Below, piece by piece: positions 32,137-42,901 of a stretch of 64,000 bases of DNA. The position numbers and the translations under genes were made by a program. The notes under the pieces are model-generated. The model did no database searches, had not been told where the DNA came from, and saw nothing but the letters and a program-made list of their open reading frames with translations. Numbering within the stretch: position 1 is the stretch's first letter; each line of letters begins with the position of its first letter. Location: assembly GCA_030765235.1 (NCBI GenBank), contig JAVCCW010000010.1, positions 94,907 through 158,906 of the forward strand. Reading direction: 5' to 3'. The stretch is from Candidatus Gorgyraea atricola. Its GTDB lineage: Bacteria > Omnitrophota > Gorgyraeia > Gorgyraeales > Gorgyraeaceae.

Positions 32137-33018
32137 TTAAAGCACAAACGCGTCTGTGGGCGCCTCCCAGAATCTCCTGAATACAAGCCACTGTTCTGGA
32201 TACGCCTTGATATATTTTTCCATTACAGGTACAAAACTTTCTGTTGCCCTTTTAATCATTTCCTCTTCTGTCATGCCCGGTATCTTTTTTATTTCAATGG
32301 GTTTCTCAAATATTAACTTGTAGCTAAATCTATCATGACGTATACAAAATCCTGGTATAATCGGTGAGCCTGTCTTTAAACTAAGCGCTGCTGGACCCTT
32401 TGGAATGCTTGTTGGCACACCGAAGAACTCCAGGGTTACGCCAGAATCCGTAAAATCCCTGTCTCCGACCAATGCAAGCATGCCGTTTCTCAATAACGTC
32501 CTGATACAGCCTCTCATAACAGAGCTCATCCCGATCACTTTCATGCCGTTCTCTTCTCTCTGTTTAATAAAAAAATCATTTATCCTGTCGTGCCTGTGAT
32601 TCAAGGTAACAGCGGATATGTCATAGCCCTTTATGCCTACTGCCACTCCGGCTATCTCCCAGTTGCCAATATGACAGCTGAGAATAATGGCGCCTTTATT
32701 TTCTTTTAAAGCCTTATCAATATTCTCAAGGCCTTCGATCTTAACGTTTCTATCAATATTTTCTTTATTAAGTTTTGGTATTCTGAAGAAATCCACAAGA
32801 TACAGACCAAAATTCCTGAAGACCTTTCTTGCCAATACGCGAGACCCTGCAATATCTTTCTTAAGCACTGTACTTAAATTCTCAGTGACAGCCTCTCTGT
32901 CTTTTTTTGAAATGCAATAATGAATATCAGCGAATCTCTCTGCAAGCCAGTATACAACCTTTAGCGGCAGGGCATTCGAAAGAAAAAAACCAATTCTGTA
33001 TAAAATATAAAAAAACAT
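32137..33018 (-). CDS. lysophospholipid / lipid A-type acyltransferase (HtrB/PatA-like)
   Basis: HIGNWE, GDRD and YPEQWL motifs. Confidence 0.87.
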   Translation of the reverse strand: MFFYILYRIGFFLSNALPLKVVYWLAERFADIHYCISKKDREAVTENLSTVLKKDIAGSRVLARKVFRNFGLYLVDFFRIPKLNKENIDRNVKIEGLENIDKALKENKGAIILSCHIGNWEIAGVAVGIKGYDISAVTLNHRHDRINDFFIKQREENGMKVIGMSSVMRGCIRTLLRNGMLALVGDRDFTDSGVTLEFFGVPTSIPKGPAALSLKTGSPIIPGFCIRHDRFSYKLIFEKPIEIKKIPGMTEEEMIKRATESFVPVMEKYIKAYPEQWLVFRRFWEAPTDAFVL

Positions 33019-33019
33019 T

Positions 33020-34138
33020 TTATTCCGTATCCAATACCAGCTTTGCGATATCCCTGGCTGCGTTGGGTCTTTTTAGTTCACTGGCCCTTTTGCGCATCTG
33101 GTCGAGTTTTGTATTATTCAAAAGTAGCTCCTTGACAAGCGCCACTATGTCCTCGCTGTCTTCTGCCTTAACAGCCACGCCCTGCTGCAGGAGAAATTCA
33201 GTATTTTTTGCCTCCTGCCCTGGTATTGGACGTACAATGATCATTGGCAGATCTTTACTTAATGCCTCGGATGTCGTAAGTCCTCCTGGTTTTGTAATGA
33301 CTATACTCGAGACTTCCATTAACTCATCTATGTTTTCCACATGGCCAAAGACAAACAATTTCTTCTTGTACTTGAGCTCCCTTTTTTTTAGTGTCTTCTC
33401 GAGTTTTTTATTGGTTCCGCAAACCACTGCCAACTGAAAAGGGATATCTATGCTTTCAAGCATATCAACAATGTCCTCGACAGGTCCCAGCCCCTGGCTT
33501 CCGCCCATAATGAGAACAGTGGAGACTTGAGGATCAAGCCCTATATCCTTACATACTTTATTCTTATCGTGTGCTATGCCAAATCTTGGATTGATTGGAA
33601 TACCAAAGACCTTTATCCTGGATCCACTCACTCCGTTCTTCACAAATCTCTCCTTGCAGATCTCAGACGGCGTAATATACCAGTCCACATCATTAAATAT
33701 CCAGTAGGAATGCGGGGCATGATCTGTCAGGACGCCTGTCAGCGGCAGAGGCAGATTCAAATTCCTTTTGTAATCAGCTATCATGCCACATGGAAACGCC
33801 TGTGTGCACACAACAGCATCTGGCTGGAAATCCTTTAAAAGCGCTTTTAATTTTTTAGAATTAAATCTGTGTATGGCTTCCCGTATAGCCTGGGCATTCT
33901 TTAAGATCTTTGGATTATCATACAGGTACTCCCATACCTCTGGCTTCTTCTTTATCACCTCTGCATATGTTTTGCTGATCACCTTTTCGAGAATAGGATT
34001 AGTGTACCCAAAGGCATTTATGTTAAGGGTCTGGACTGACGGCGAGATCTCCTTTAAGGCGCTCTCAATGGCAATGCTGGCGCGATGATGCCCGGAACTC
34101 TCGGTTATGTACATTAAGAGGATTTTTTTATCTGGCAT
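33020..34138 (-). CDS. MGDG synthase / UgtP-like GT28 glycosyltransferase
   Basis: SGHHRA, VLTD, GIPI, MGGSQG, TKPGGLTTSE and PGQE motifs. Confidence 0.87.
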   Translation of the reverse strand: MPDKKILLMYITESSGHHRASIAIESALKEISPSVQTLNINAFGYTNPILEKVISKTYAEVIKKKPEVWEYLYDNPKILKNAQAIREAIHRFNSKKLKALLKDFQPDAVVCTQAFPCGMIADYKRNLNLPLPLTGVLTDHAPHSYWIFNDVDWYITPSEICKERFVKNGVSGSRIKVFGIPINPRFGIAHDKNKVCKDIGLDPQVSTVLIMGGSQGLGPVEDIVDMLESIDIPFQLAVVCGTNKKLEKTLKKRELKYKKKLFVFGHVENIDELMEVSSIVITKPGGLTTSEALSKDLPMIIVRPIPGQEAKNTEFLLQQGVAVKAEDSEDIVALVKELLLNNTKLDQMRKRASELKRPNAARDIAKLVLDTE

Positions 34139-35282
34139 TTTTCTTTATGAATCTCTCTATGCGCAGGCACGCCTCCTTTAGATCAGGCATCTTGGAAGCA
34201 TAGGATATTCGTATATAATCTTTTCCTTCTGGCCAAAAAGCTGTGCCAGGCACGACTGCCACATTTTCTTTCTTTAAAAGTTTTTTCGCGAATTCCATGC
34301 AGTTCATGCCTGTATTTTTTATTGAAGGGAATATATAAAAAGCGCCGTCTGGCATAGGACAGACTAGTCCTATCTCGTTCATCCGGTCTACTATAAAATC
34401 GCGCCTTCTCTTATATTCGCGCTTCATCTCCTGCACGTAACGGCTGGAATTCTTCAGCGCCTCGATCGCCCCTATCTGCCCCATTATAGGAGAGCACAGC
34501 ATTGTATACTGGTGGATCTTTGTCATAGCGTCTATTATCTTTTTTGGGCCGCATGCATATCCGACCCTCCACCCTGTCATGGCAAATGTCTTGGAAAATC
34601 CATTTAAGTACACAGTTCGATTCTTCATCCCCTTTAATGTGCAGAGAGGCGTATGCGAAAAATCGTAAGTAAGTTCGTCGTATATCTCGTCGCTTATGAC
34701 AATAAGGTCGTGTTTTATAAAAACCTTGGATAGCTCCTGAAGCTCTTTCTTCGAATAAGAAACACCTGTGGGATTTGCAGGGTAATTTAAGATTATTGCC
34801 TTTGTGCCTCTTGATATGTGTTTTTCCACGAGAGAAGGCGTTAATTTAAAACCAGTCTTTTTGGTGTTGATAAATACAGGTGTACCTCCTGCCAGGAAAG
34901 TTACAGGATGATATGACACGTAACAAGGCACAGGTATAAGCACTTTATCGCCTGGATTCATGAGGCTGCGCAAAACAAGATCCATGCCCTCACTTACACC
35001 TGTAGTAATAAGCACTTCTGTATCAGGATCATACTCTACGTTGTGCCTGGTCTTTAGGTGTTTTGAAATCTGCGACCTTAACTCGTAAAGACCTTTATTA
35101 GAAGTATATGAGGTCGCCCCTCTTTCAATAGAAAATATGCTAGACTCGCATATGTTCCATGGTGTGACAAAATCCGGTTCGCCCACACCAAGAGAGATCA
35201 CATCCTTCATCCCGATGACAAGTTCAAAGAATTCCCGTATACCCGAAGGCGGTATTTGTTCTACTTTCTTGGATATATCCAT
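34128..35282 (-). CDS. class I/II PLP aminotransferase (YugH/AlaT-like)
   Basis: SLGVGEPDF, NPTG, SDEIY and FSKTFAMTGWRVG motifs. Confidence 0.92.
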   Translation of the reverse strand: MDISKKVEQIPPSGIREFFELVIGMKDVISLGVGEPDFVTPWNICESSIFSIERGATSYTSNKGLYELRSQISKHLKTRHNVEYDPDTEVLITTGVSEGMDLVLRSLMNPGDKVLIPVPCYVSYHPVTFLAGGTPVFINTKKTGFKLTPSLVEKHISRGTKAIILNYPANPTGVSYSKKELQELSKVFIKHDLIVISDEIYDELTYDFSHTPLCTLKGMKNRTVYLNGFSKTFAMTGWRVGYACGPKKIIDAMTKIHQYTMLCSPIMGQIGAIEALKNSSRYVQEMKREYKRRRDFIVDRMNEIGLVCPMPDGAFYIFPSIKNTGMNCMEFAKKLLKKENVAVVPGTAFWPEGKDYIRISYASKMPDLKEACLRIERFIKKNAR

Positions 35283-35300
35283 AATTTAGCCTCGTTAATT

Positions 35301-35786
35301 TTAAAATGAAATAGCGATGCGCTTATCTCTCTCAGCCCTTTTTAGTACGTCTCCGTCTTCTTTGTATTTTTTCAAAAGAAAATGTGTGACTGTGCCTCTG
35401 ACATTGTCGAGCGTTGCAAGGCGCTCAGAGACAAAGCTCGACACAGCCTGTATGTCCTTGCCTTCTACAACCAGTAAAAGATCATATGTGCCTGAGAGCA
35501 GATAGCAGCTTACGACCTCTGGAAATCTGTATATCCTCTCAGCTATATGATCAAAACCATGTCCTCTCTGTGGCGCAATATTTACCTCTATCAATGCCCT
35601 GACAGCCCTGTTATTATCTTTTATAAGCTCCCGATTCAAAACTGTTTTGTATTTAAGTATTACTCCGTCTTTTTCAAGCTTCTTTATTGTATTTTTTACT
35701 GTCACAACGCTCTTCTTCACGCTCTTTGCTATTTCCTGCGGCGTTGTCCGCGCATCTTTCTCGAGAATCTCGAGGATTTCCTTCAT
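35301..35786 (-). CDS. Lrp/AsnC family regulator
   Basis: N-terminal HTH, LLSGTYDL and THFLLKKYK; paired with the aminotransferase. Confidence 0.9.
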   Translation of the reverse strand: MKEILEILEKDARTTPQEIAKSVKKSVVTVKNTIKKLEKDGVILKYKTVLNRELIKDNNRAVRALIEVNIAPQRGHGFDHIAERIYRFPEVVSCYLLSGTYDLLLVVEGKDIQAVSSFVSERLATLDNVRGTVTHFLLKKYKEDGDVLKRAERDKRIAISF

Positions 35787-35795
35787 GACTACCTC

Positions 35796-36026
35796 CTATT
35801 CTATTACTGCTAAAACATCGCCAACCTTAACAGTGTTACCTTCTTGTGCAACAATCTTCTTCAGCGTACCTGCGGCCTTTGACGGCACATTAAATGCTGC
35901 CTTATCAGTAGCCATCTCCACAAGCTCATCTCCTTCTTTTACTGCATCGCCTTCCTTAAAGTGCCAAAAAGACACGACTGCCTGATCCACGCCTTCTGTC
36001 AACTCCGGTAATCTTAATTCTGCCAT
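35796..36026 (-). CDS. stand-alone lipoyl-carrier domain protein
   Basis: LVEMATDKA lipoyl-lysine motif; follows lipB-lipA. Confidence 0.87.
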   Translation of the reverse strand: MAELRLPELTEGVDQAVVSFWHFKEGDAVKEGDELVEMATDKAAFNVPSKAAGTLKKIVAQEGNTVKVGDVLAVIE

Positions 36027-36059
36027 ACTTCCTCCCCTTATTTTTTATTACTTACTTAC

Positions 36060-36188
36060 GTGGAGGTTACGTAAAGTTACGGAAGGTTTCGGAATGTTGC
36101 GTAAGGTTGTATTAAGAGCGTTGGAATCCATCGCTCTTGTAACCTTCGGTAACCTTCTCTAACATTCCGTAACCTTCGTAACCTCCAT
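36060..36188. repeat. Family B palindrome
   Basis: Arms and central core (AATCCAT.GCT.TTG) match the copy at 3646. Confidence 0.9.
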
Positions 36189-36195
36189 GTAGTAT

Positions 36196-37047
36196 TTACA
36201 TATAAGACGACCTCGTAAACGGGCTGCAGGAATGTTTCTTGAAGCCCAGCTCCTCTGCCCATCTTGAAAATTTAGTAAATTCCTCTGGCGCTAAAAATTC
36301 CTCGACCTCCAGGCAGCTCGGATCAGGCCGTAGATACTGGCCTATGGTAATTATTTCGCAGCCTGCTTTCCTTAAGTCCTCCATCGAGACTCGAACCTCG
36401 TCTCGAGTCTCGCCAAGCCCTACCATCAGGCCGCTCTTTGTTGTAACCTGGTTGCTCGCATACCTTATGAGATCCAATGATCTTTTATAATCTGCCTGCG
36501 GCCTGACTCTATTATATAATCTAGGTACGGTCTCTATATTATGCGAAAATATATCAGGTTTTGCAAGAATAACTTTATCAATTGCATAGCGCTTGCCAAG
36601 AAAATCAGGGACAAGCACTTCTATCCTTAAATCGCTGTTAGATTCCCTTAAGATCTTAATGCAATCTGCGAAATGGCTTGCGCCGCCATCCCCTAGATCA
36701 TCACGCGTAACAGAGGTTACGATCACACTGAGAAGCCCTAATCTTTTAACTGCATCTCTTATATCAAAGAGCTCTTTTTTGTCTGGCAATGACAATTTCT
36801 GCGCTGTCTCGATCGCGCAAAACCTGCAACTCCTGGTGCATCTATTGCCTAATATCAAAAATGTGCACTTGCGCCTTGAAAAACAGTCGTATATGTTAGG
36901 GCATTGCGCGCTCTGGCATACTGTATTAATATTTGAATCACGCAAAAGTTCCCTGAACTCTGCTGTATTCTTATCAATTCTTACTGACTGTCTCAGCCAA
37001 TAAGGGAATCTCTTTAAATGTCGAGATGAGTCTATTTTTAGCATCAT
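36196..37047 (-). CDS. lipA: lipoyl synthase
   Basis: CQSAQCPNIYDC, CTRSCRFC and RSSY motifs. Confidence 0.95.
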   Translation of the reverse strand: MMLKIDSSRHLKRFPYWLRQSVRIDKNTAEFRELLRDSNINTVCQSAQCPNIYDCFSRRKCTFLILGNRCTRSCRFCAIETAQKLSLPDKKELFDIRDAVKRLGLLSVIVTSVTRDDLGDGGASHFADCIKILRESNSDLRIEVLVPDFLGKRYAIDKVILAKPDIFSHNIETVPRLYNRVRPQADYKRSLDLIRYASNQVTTKSGLMVGLGETRDEVRVSMEDLRKAGCEIITIGQYLRPDPSCLEVEEFLAPEEFTKFSRWAEELGFKKHSCSPFTRSSYM

Positions 37048-37600
37048 CCATGTCTATTTCGCGCTTCAGCAAACTTTTTAATGATGTGATCTCAACGCCT
37101 TCAATGCCACATGGCCTGATAAATGAAAAAGGCATAAGATCAGTGTTGATATTCATGGCCAAGCCGTGATACGTGACCCATTTTTTTACGCCTATGCCTA
37201 TGGAGCCGATTTTTTTATTGTCGGTCCATACACCTCTGAGTCCAGGTCTTTTTTCTGTAAAAATCCCGTATTGTGCTAAAAAAGCGCTTCCTATCTCTTC
37301 TAAAAACTCTAAAAATCTATGTATATCCCGACTCTCATTTTCCAGTTTAAAAATAGGGTACGCTATGAGCTGGCCAGGGCCGTGATATGTAACATCCCCA
37401 CCCCTGTCAGTCTGAACCACATGGATCTCGCGCCTAAATACATTCTGCTCTGAACCAGTTCTCCCTATTGTTATAACTGGGTTGTGTTCTGTTACGAGTA
37501 ACGTATCTTCACAAATACCCAGGGCAACTCTCTCTACGAATTCCCTCTGAAGCTGATATATCTCTGAAAAATCAGTTACACCCAAATCTATAACTCGCAT
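36974..37600 (-). CDS. lipB: lipoyl(octanoyl) transferase
   Basis: EHNPVITIG, DRGGDVTYHGPGQ and PCGI motifs. Confidence 0.95.
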   Translation of the reverse strand: MRVIDLGVTDFSEIYQLQREFVERVALGICEDTLLVTEHNPVITIGRTGSEQNVFRREIHVVQTDRGGDVTYHGPGQLIAYPIFKLENESRDIHRFLEFLEEIGSAFLAQYGIFTEKRPGLRGVWTDNKKIGSIGIGVKKWVTYHGLAMNINTDLMPFSFIRPCGIEGVEITSLKSLLKREIDMDDAKNRLISTFKEIPLLAETVSKN

Positions 37601-37628
37601 AATGACTTGAACGGGCTAACGACCTCAG

Positions 37629-38849
37629 CTATTTGAACCTCACCCTATACGACTCTAAGTGCTTTGTTAATCCCTCTATCTTTGTGATCTTCTCGATCGC
37701 TTCTTTTTCTCTTTCAAGCGCCTTTTTGGAATATGCTATCGTGTGCGTGCTCTTAAGAAAAGACCTCACACTAAGACCTGAGAAAAACCTGGCTGTGCCG
37801 CCTGTTGGCAAGACATGGCTCGGACCTGCCACATAATCTCCTACGCATACAGGCGAATATGGCCCTATAAACACTGCGCCCGCGTTATTAATTAACTTCA
37901 AGACCCTGTTGGGGTTTTTTATAAACACCTCGAGATGCTCAGGCGCGATCCTATTTATGACCTCTGCTGCCTGCTGAAGATTTTTTGCCAGTACGATATA
38001 ACCCTTGCCTACTTCTTTTCTCATTGCGCGGGCGAATTTTTTTGATGTAGTAACAAGGATTGCAAGGCCCTTTAAATGTTCTGCCTGAGCCTGCATGTCT
38101 TCTATTACATAGTCTTTATCTGAAAACTGGTTCGCCAATATAACGACTTCGCTCGGACCTGCAAGCATGTCTATGTCAACATAACCATACACCTGACGCT
38201 TTGCCTCAGTCACATAATCATTGCCCGGGCCCACGACCTTATCCACCTTTGGTATAGTCTTTGTGCCAAACGCAAGGGCAGCTATTGCCTGCGCGCCTCC
38301 GACCTTATAAACCTCATCCACCTTTAAGAGATTTGCCACTGCGAGTATGTGGGGATCAACAGTGCCGAATTTTGTCGGCGGAGTCGCGAGTATTATCCTT
38401 TTCACGCCAGCTATCCTCGCAGGTAAAACGCTCATGTACACGCTCGAGACAAGCGGTGCTGTGCCTGCTGGTACATATATGCCGACGCTTTCAATAGGCC
38501 TAAAGATCTCGCCCAGCTGAATACCTTCCGCGTCTTTTATCTTCCATGGCCTAGGCAATTGTTTTCTGTGGAATTTCTCGATGTTCCCGATTATGGTTTT
38601 CAGGCTCGATATAAAACCTGTATCTATATTCTGATAGGAGCCATTGATCTCGTTTGCGCTTACCTTTAGGTCTTTTGGAGAGAGCTTTACCTTATCAAAT
38701 CTCCTGGTATACCTGATGACTGCCTTGTCACCATTCTCTCTCACGTCATCTACGATCCTGCGCACCTTTTCTGTTACGCGCTTTTTATTGCAATAATATC
38801 TCCCACAGAGTTTCTGTATTTCCTTGCTGGAAAGTCTCAAAATTTTCAT
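37629..38849 (-). CDS. hisD: histidinol dehydrogenase
   Basis: GGAQAIAA, GPGN, AGPSE, APEHL and GDYVAGPSHVLPTGG motifs. Confidence 0.95.
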   Translation of the reverse strand: MKILRLSSKEIQKLCGRYYCNKKRVTEKVRRIVDDVRENGDKAVIRYTRRFDKVKLSPKDLKVSANEINGSYQNIDTGFISSLKTIIGNIEKFHRKQLPRPWKIKDAEGIQLGEIFRPIESVGIYVPAGTAPLVSSVYMSVLPARIAGVKRIILATPPTKFGTVDPHILAVANLLKVDEVYKVGGAQAIAALAFGTKTIPKVDKVVGPGNDYVTEAKRQVYGYVDIDMLAGPSEVVILANQFSDKDYVIEDMQAQAEHLKGLAILVTTSKKFARAMRKEVGKGYIVLAKNLQQAAEVINRIAPEHLEVFIKNPNRVLKLINNAGAVFIGPYSPVCVGDYVAGPSHVLPTGGTARFFSGLSVRSFLKSTHTIAYSKKALEREKEAIEKITKIEGLTKHLESYRVRFK

Positions 38850-41350
38850 AAATGCTCCTTTAGGACTTCTTGTGCTTTTTTTAATATTTTCTTTATGTCG
38901 ATATTAGCGCGGGCTCCTGCCTGGGCAAAATCTGGCCTGCCTCCACCTTTTATGCCAAAACTTGAGCCTATCTCATTCAATACCTTGACAGCATCCATGC
39001 CTGCCTGGACCCTGACAACCATTGAAAGCTTTCCGTCCTTTTCAGATACCAGGACAAAAATTGACTCCCTTATCCTGCCTTTTATTGTATCAGCTGTTTT
39101 TCTCAGCATAGCCATATCCACATTGCTGATCTCTGCAACAATAACATCGCGCCCTTTGATCTTCTTTATGTCTTTCAAAATCCCATCAATGCTTGAGGAA
39201 GCGAATCTATCACTGACAATATTCAAATCTTTCTCTATCTTCTTAAGCCTTTTTGTCAATTTTTCTATTTCTTTTAGTATATTATCTGGCGATGTCTTTA
39301 ATTCTTTCGCTATCTCTTTTACTAAGGCTATGCTTTCCTGGATCTTTTTATTCGCCGCGTCTCCTGTAACAGCCTCGATCCTTCTTACTCCGCCTGCTAT
39401 GGAAGACTCTGAGAGGATCTTAAATCTGATGATCTCTCCTGTATGCCTTACATGCGTGCCGCCGCATAATTCCTTGCTATATTCACCCACAGAGACCATT
39501 CTCACAGTATCCGCATATTTTTCTCCAAAAAGCGCGATCACGCCCTGCTTCTTTGCCTCTTCCAATAAAAGCTCTTTAACACACACCAGGCTATCCTCTT
39601 TTATTCTTTCATTCACAAGATCCTCTACCCTTGAAAGCTCCTCGCCTGTAAGCGCCTTAAAATGCGTGAAGTCAAATCTCAGATGATCTGGCGCGACCAA
39701 AGAACCAGCCTGCTTTACATGCTGGCCCAGCACCTTTCTTAAGGCATTATGCAAGAGATGTGTAGCTGTATGATTTTCTCTTACCTGGCCTCTACGTTTT
39801 ACATCTATCCTTGCCACTACTTTATCACCTGGTTTTAGCGCGACTGTTTTCATCTTTACCTGATGCTCGATCCTCCCGGCAAGATCAATTGCATTTGTAA
39901 CCTCTGCTATAACTTTTCCATCCTTGATCAATGCCCCAGTATCACCTACCTGGCCACCTTTTTCGCCATAAAAATTTGTCTTCTTCAAGAAAATAGAATC
40001 TCCTGAAACCTGCACAACTTCAGTCTCGAGTTCTTCTTCGTTTTCTACAAAAATACTTTCATCAGGCAATTTCAGGTTTGCGTCGCCTTTAAATATCGAA
40101 CCTTTTATCTTGCTGGATGCGCGTGACTTAATGCGCTGGTCTTTCATGCATTTTTCAAAACCCGGGATGTCTAGCTTTATACCCCTGACTCTTGCTATGT
40201 CTTGTATTAATTCTACAGGAAACCCATAAGTATCATAGAGTTTAAAAATAGCTTTCCCTGGAAGCACGCCTTTAGACTTAAAGGTCTCCTCTACCTCTTT
40301 CAGCCTCTCTTGACCAGCTTGGATAACGTTACTAAATCTTTTTTCCTCTTCCAATATTTCCTGCGCAATATATTCTCCGCGCTGTGTAAGTTCTGGATAT
40401 GGCCTCTTCATCTCCCCTGCAACCACAGGAACCAACTTATACAAAAAAGGCTCTTTAATGTCCATTGCCCTACCATGCCAAGATGCTTTTCGAATCAATT
40501 TACGAATAACATAGGCTCTCTCTTCATTAGATGGCGACACACCATCTCCAATCGCAAATGTAACTGCGCGTATATGATCAGCGATAGTATTAACAGTATT
40601 AGGATTGTGAGAACTTCCAGCAAATCCTTCTATCTTCTTAACTATCGGTTCAAACGAATCTATCTCGAAATTCGTCTTTTTCCCCTGCATGACCCTTGTG
40701 ATCCTCTCAAGTCCCATGCCTGTATCTATGTTCTTGCCTGGCAGCGGGTCTAATTTGCCGTGATCCTTTCTGTCAAACTGCGTAAATACAAGATTCCATA
40801 TCTCCACACCATCTGGGCCGCCATAAAAAATCTCAGAGCATGGACCACATGGCCCGTTCGGACCTTTGCTTGGCGCGCTCGCTGGCCAGAAATTATCTTT
40901 TTCTCCCAGCTTTAGGATCTTTTTCGTAGGTACTTTTATTTCATTCTTCCAGATATCGTACGCCTCGCTATCATCTTTATACACTGAGACCCATAGATCC
41001 TTTTCCTTAAGGCCTAACTCCTTTGTCAGAAACTCCCATGCCCACTCTATTGCCTCTTTCTTAAAATAGTCGCCGAACGAAAAATTTCCAAGCATCTCAA
41101 AGAACGTATGATGATCAGGCGTCTTTCCCACATTCTCAAGGTCGCCTGTGCGCAGGCACTTCTGGCAGGTCGCTGCCCTTCTCGGGCCCTTCACTCTACC
41201 AAGAAACTCTTGTTTAAATTGATTCATACCCGTGCCTGTAAAAAGAAGGCTGGGGTCATTGGCAGGAACGAGTGAATCGCTTGGATAGATCTTATGTCCA
41301 CGTTCCTCGAAGAACTTCAAGAAACGATCTCTGATTTCGTCTGCTGTCAT
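38846..41350 (-). CDS. alaS: alanine--tRNA ligase
   Basis: HHTFFEMLGNFSFGDYFK, DTGMGLER, HTATHLL, ELCGGTH and GGGRPDFAQAG motifs. Confidence 0.97.
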   Translation of the reverse strand: MTADEIRDRFLKFFEERGHKIYPSDSLVPANDPSLLFTGTGMNQFKQEFLGRVKGPRRAATCQKCLRTGDLENVGKTPDHHTFFEMLGNFSFGDYFKKEAIEWAWEFLTKELGLKEKDLWVSVYKDDSEAYDIWKNEIKVPTKKILKLGEKDNFWPASAPSKGPNGPCGPCSEIFYGGPDGVEIWNLVFTQFDRKDHGKLDPLPGKNIDTGMGLERITRVMQGKKTNFEIDSFEPIVKKIEGFAGSSHNPNTVNTIADHIRAVTFAIGDGVSPSNEERAYVIRKLIRKASWHGRAMDIKEPFLYKLVPVVAGEMKRPYPELTQRGEYIAQEILEEEKRFSNVIQAGQERLKEVEETFKSKGVLPGKAIFKLYDTYGFPVELIQDIARVRGIKLDIPGFEKCMKDQRIKSRASSKIKGSIFKGDANLKLPDESIFVENEEELETEVVQVSGDSIFLKKTNFYGEKGGQVGDTGALIKDGKVIAEVTNAIDLAGRIEHQVKMKTVALKPGDKVVARIDVKRRGQVRENHTATHLLHNALRKVLGQHVKQAGSLVAPDHLRFDFTHFKALTGEELSRVEDLVNERIKEDSLVCVKELLLEEAKKQGVIALFGEKYADTVRMVSVGEYSKELCGGTHVRHTGEIIRFKILSESSIAGGVRRIEAVTGDAANKKIQESIALVKEIAKELKTSPDNILKEIEKLTKRLKKIEKDLNIVSDRFASSSIDGILKDIKKIKGRDVIVAEISNVDMAMLRKTADTIKGRIRESIFVLVSEKDGKLSMVVRVQAGMDAVKVLNEIGSSFGIKGGGRPDFAQAGARANIDIKKILKKAQEVLKEHL

Positions 41351-41376
41351 GTTATCCTATTTCAATAGCGCCTCTA

Positions 41377-41450
41377 GTGTCAGGTTTTAGGTGTCAAGTG
41401 TCAAGGAGCTAAAATCCCTGACACCTTTCACCTGACACTTGACACCAACG
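41377..41450. repeat. Family C heptamer palindrome, empty copy
   Basis: GTGTCAG GTTTTAG GTGTCAA GTGTCAA GGAG-CTAAA-ATCC CTGACAC CTTTCAC CTGACAC TTGACAC. Confidence 0.9.
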
Positions 41451-41451
41451 C

Positions 41452-42885
41452 TTATCTCTCCTTAATTACAACATACCCTCTATAGGTTCCTATTAGCGCA
41501 TCGCCTGAGACATCGCTAATAGCACTCTTGTAGTCCTTCAGGCCCTTGATCCGTATTCTATTGATCTCGTAAATCACATCCCCTGAGCGTATACCAGACC
41601 CTTCGGCAGAACTACCTGGTTCCACCTTAATGACGATCACACCGATACTTTTGCTCAGCTTAAAACGACTCGCTATCTCAGGCGTAACCTCAGAAACCTC
41701 AAGCCCTCGCCAGAATTTACTGTCTACAGCCTCTGTCTTTACCTTTTTTCTGCTTTGCGCCAACGCAGTCTTTCCATCAGGCCTTTGGCCTATCTCTACC
41801 TCAAAAGTATGGATCTTTCTTTTTCTTATTATGCCAAGCGATGCCTTTTCACCAATATCTTTTTTCAATACCATCCTGATTAGATCCTGTGTATTCCTTA
41901 CCTTTTCATCGTCAAAAGACGCGATTATATCTCCTGGCAGCAACCCAGTCTTTTCAGCAGGACTATTTTCTAAAATCCTTGAGATCAAAACCCCAAACTT
42001 ACTATCCAATCCAAAATACTCAGCCAAATCAGAATCAACATCCTGTATGATCACGCCGAGCCAACCGTAAAGAACCTCTCGGCCCTGCTTCAAATCCTCC
42101 ATGATCCTCTTGGCTGTATTAGCAGGCACTGCAAAGCCTATGCCCTCGGACCCGCCACTCAAGGTAAATATCGCTACATTTATACCTATCACCTCTCCAT
42201 GGATATTCACAAGAGGTCCACCGCTGTTGCCTGGATTTATAGCCGCGTCAGTCTGTATTAAATCAGAATATTCTCTTGCCCTTTTGTCCGTCCTTGGAAG
42301 ACTCCTGCGCAAAGCGCTTACCACGCCCACAGTGACAGTAGGCTCAGGATTTTTTACAGCGTACGCGAATGGATTGCCGATCGCGATCGCCCAATGGCCT
42401 ATTTGCACATTATCCGAATCGCCAAGCCTCGCAACAGGAAGATCGCCTCTTGGCTCGATCTTGACAACCGCAAGATCCGAATGCACATCTGAACCTGTTA
42501 GCTGGCCTTTAAATTCCCTGCCATCCGGCAAGGTAACAGTGATCTTGTCTGCGGTGCCGACCACATGTTCATTAGTAAGGATATATCCTTCCTTATCTAT
42601 AATAACACCTGAGCCAAGGCCTGCGCGCTTAAACTCCCTGTCAGGACCAGCTACAAAAAAATCATCAAAAAAATCCTTGAAAAAATCATCCTGGAATTCC
42701 GCGAATGGATAATATCTAGTCTGATAATGCTCCACCTGTTCAATGCTTATGCTCACTACAGCTGGCCCGACCTCCTTGGAGACCTTGACAAACGAATCCT
42801 GCAGATTAAGCGCCTCCTGAGCAGGCTGGGCACTTGCGATGCATGCTATTAAAAGCAAACCCAGAATCAATGTAAATCTTTTCAA
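41452..42885 (-). CDS. degP: HtrA/DegP serine protease with two PDZ domains
   Basis: TNEHV, DLAV and QTDAAINPGNSGGPL motifs; probable TTG start at 42885 with AAGGAG upstream and a signal peptide. Confidence 0.9.
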   Translation of the reverse strand: MKRFTLILGLLLIACIASAQPAQEALNLQDSFVKVSKEVGPAVVSISIEQVEHYQTRYYPFAEFQDDFFKDFFDDFFVAGPDREFKRAGLGSGVIIDKEGYILTNEHVVGTADKITVTLPDGREFKGQLTGSDVHSDLAVVKIEPRGDLPVARLGDSDNVQIGHWAIAIGNPFAYAVKNPEPTVTVGVVSALRRSLPRTDKRAREYSDLIQTDAAINPGNSGGPLVNIHGEVIGINVAIFTLSGGSEGIGFAVPANTAKRIMEDLKQGREVLYGWLGVIIQDVDSDLAEYFGLDSKFGVLISRILENSPAEKTGLLPGDIIASFDDEKVRNTQDLIRMVLKKDIGEKASLGIIRKRKIHTFEVEIGQRPDGKTALAQSRKKVKTEAVDSKFWRGLEVSEVTPEIASRFKLSKSIGVIVIKVEPGSSAEGSGIRSGDVIYEINRIRIKGLKDYKSAISDVSGDALIGTYRGYVVIKER

Positions 42886-42901
42886 CTCCGGTCTCTCCTT
42901 C

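Noticed and set aside
38895-39686. 263-aa plus-strand ORF and the many other short antisense ORFs
   Set aside because: They lie fully opposite well-supported genes such as alaS and have no recognisable motifs
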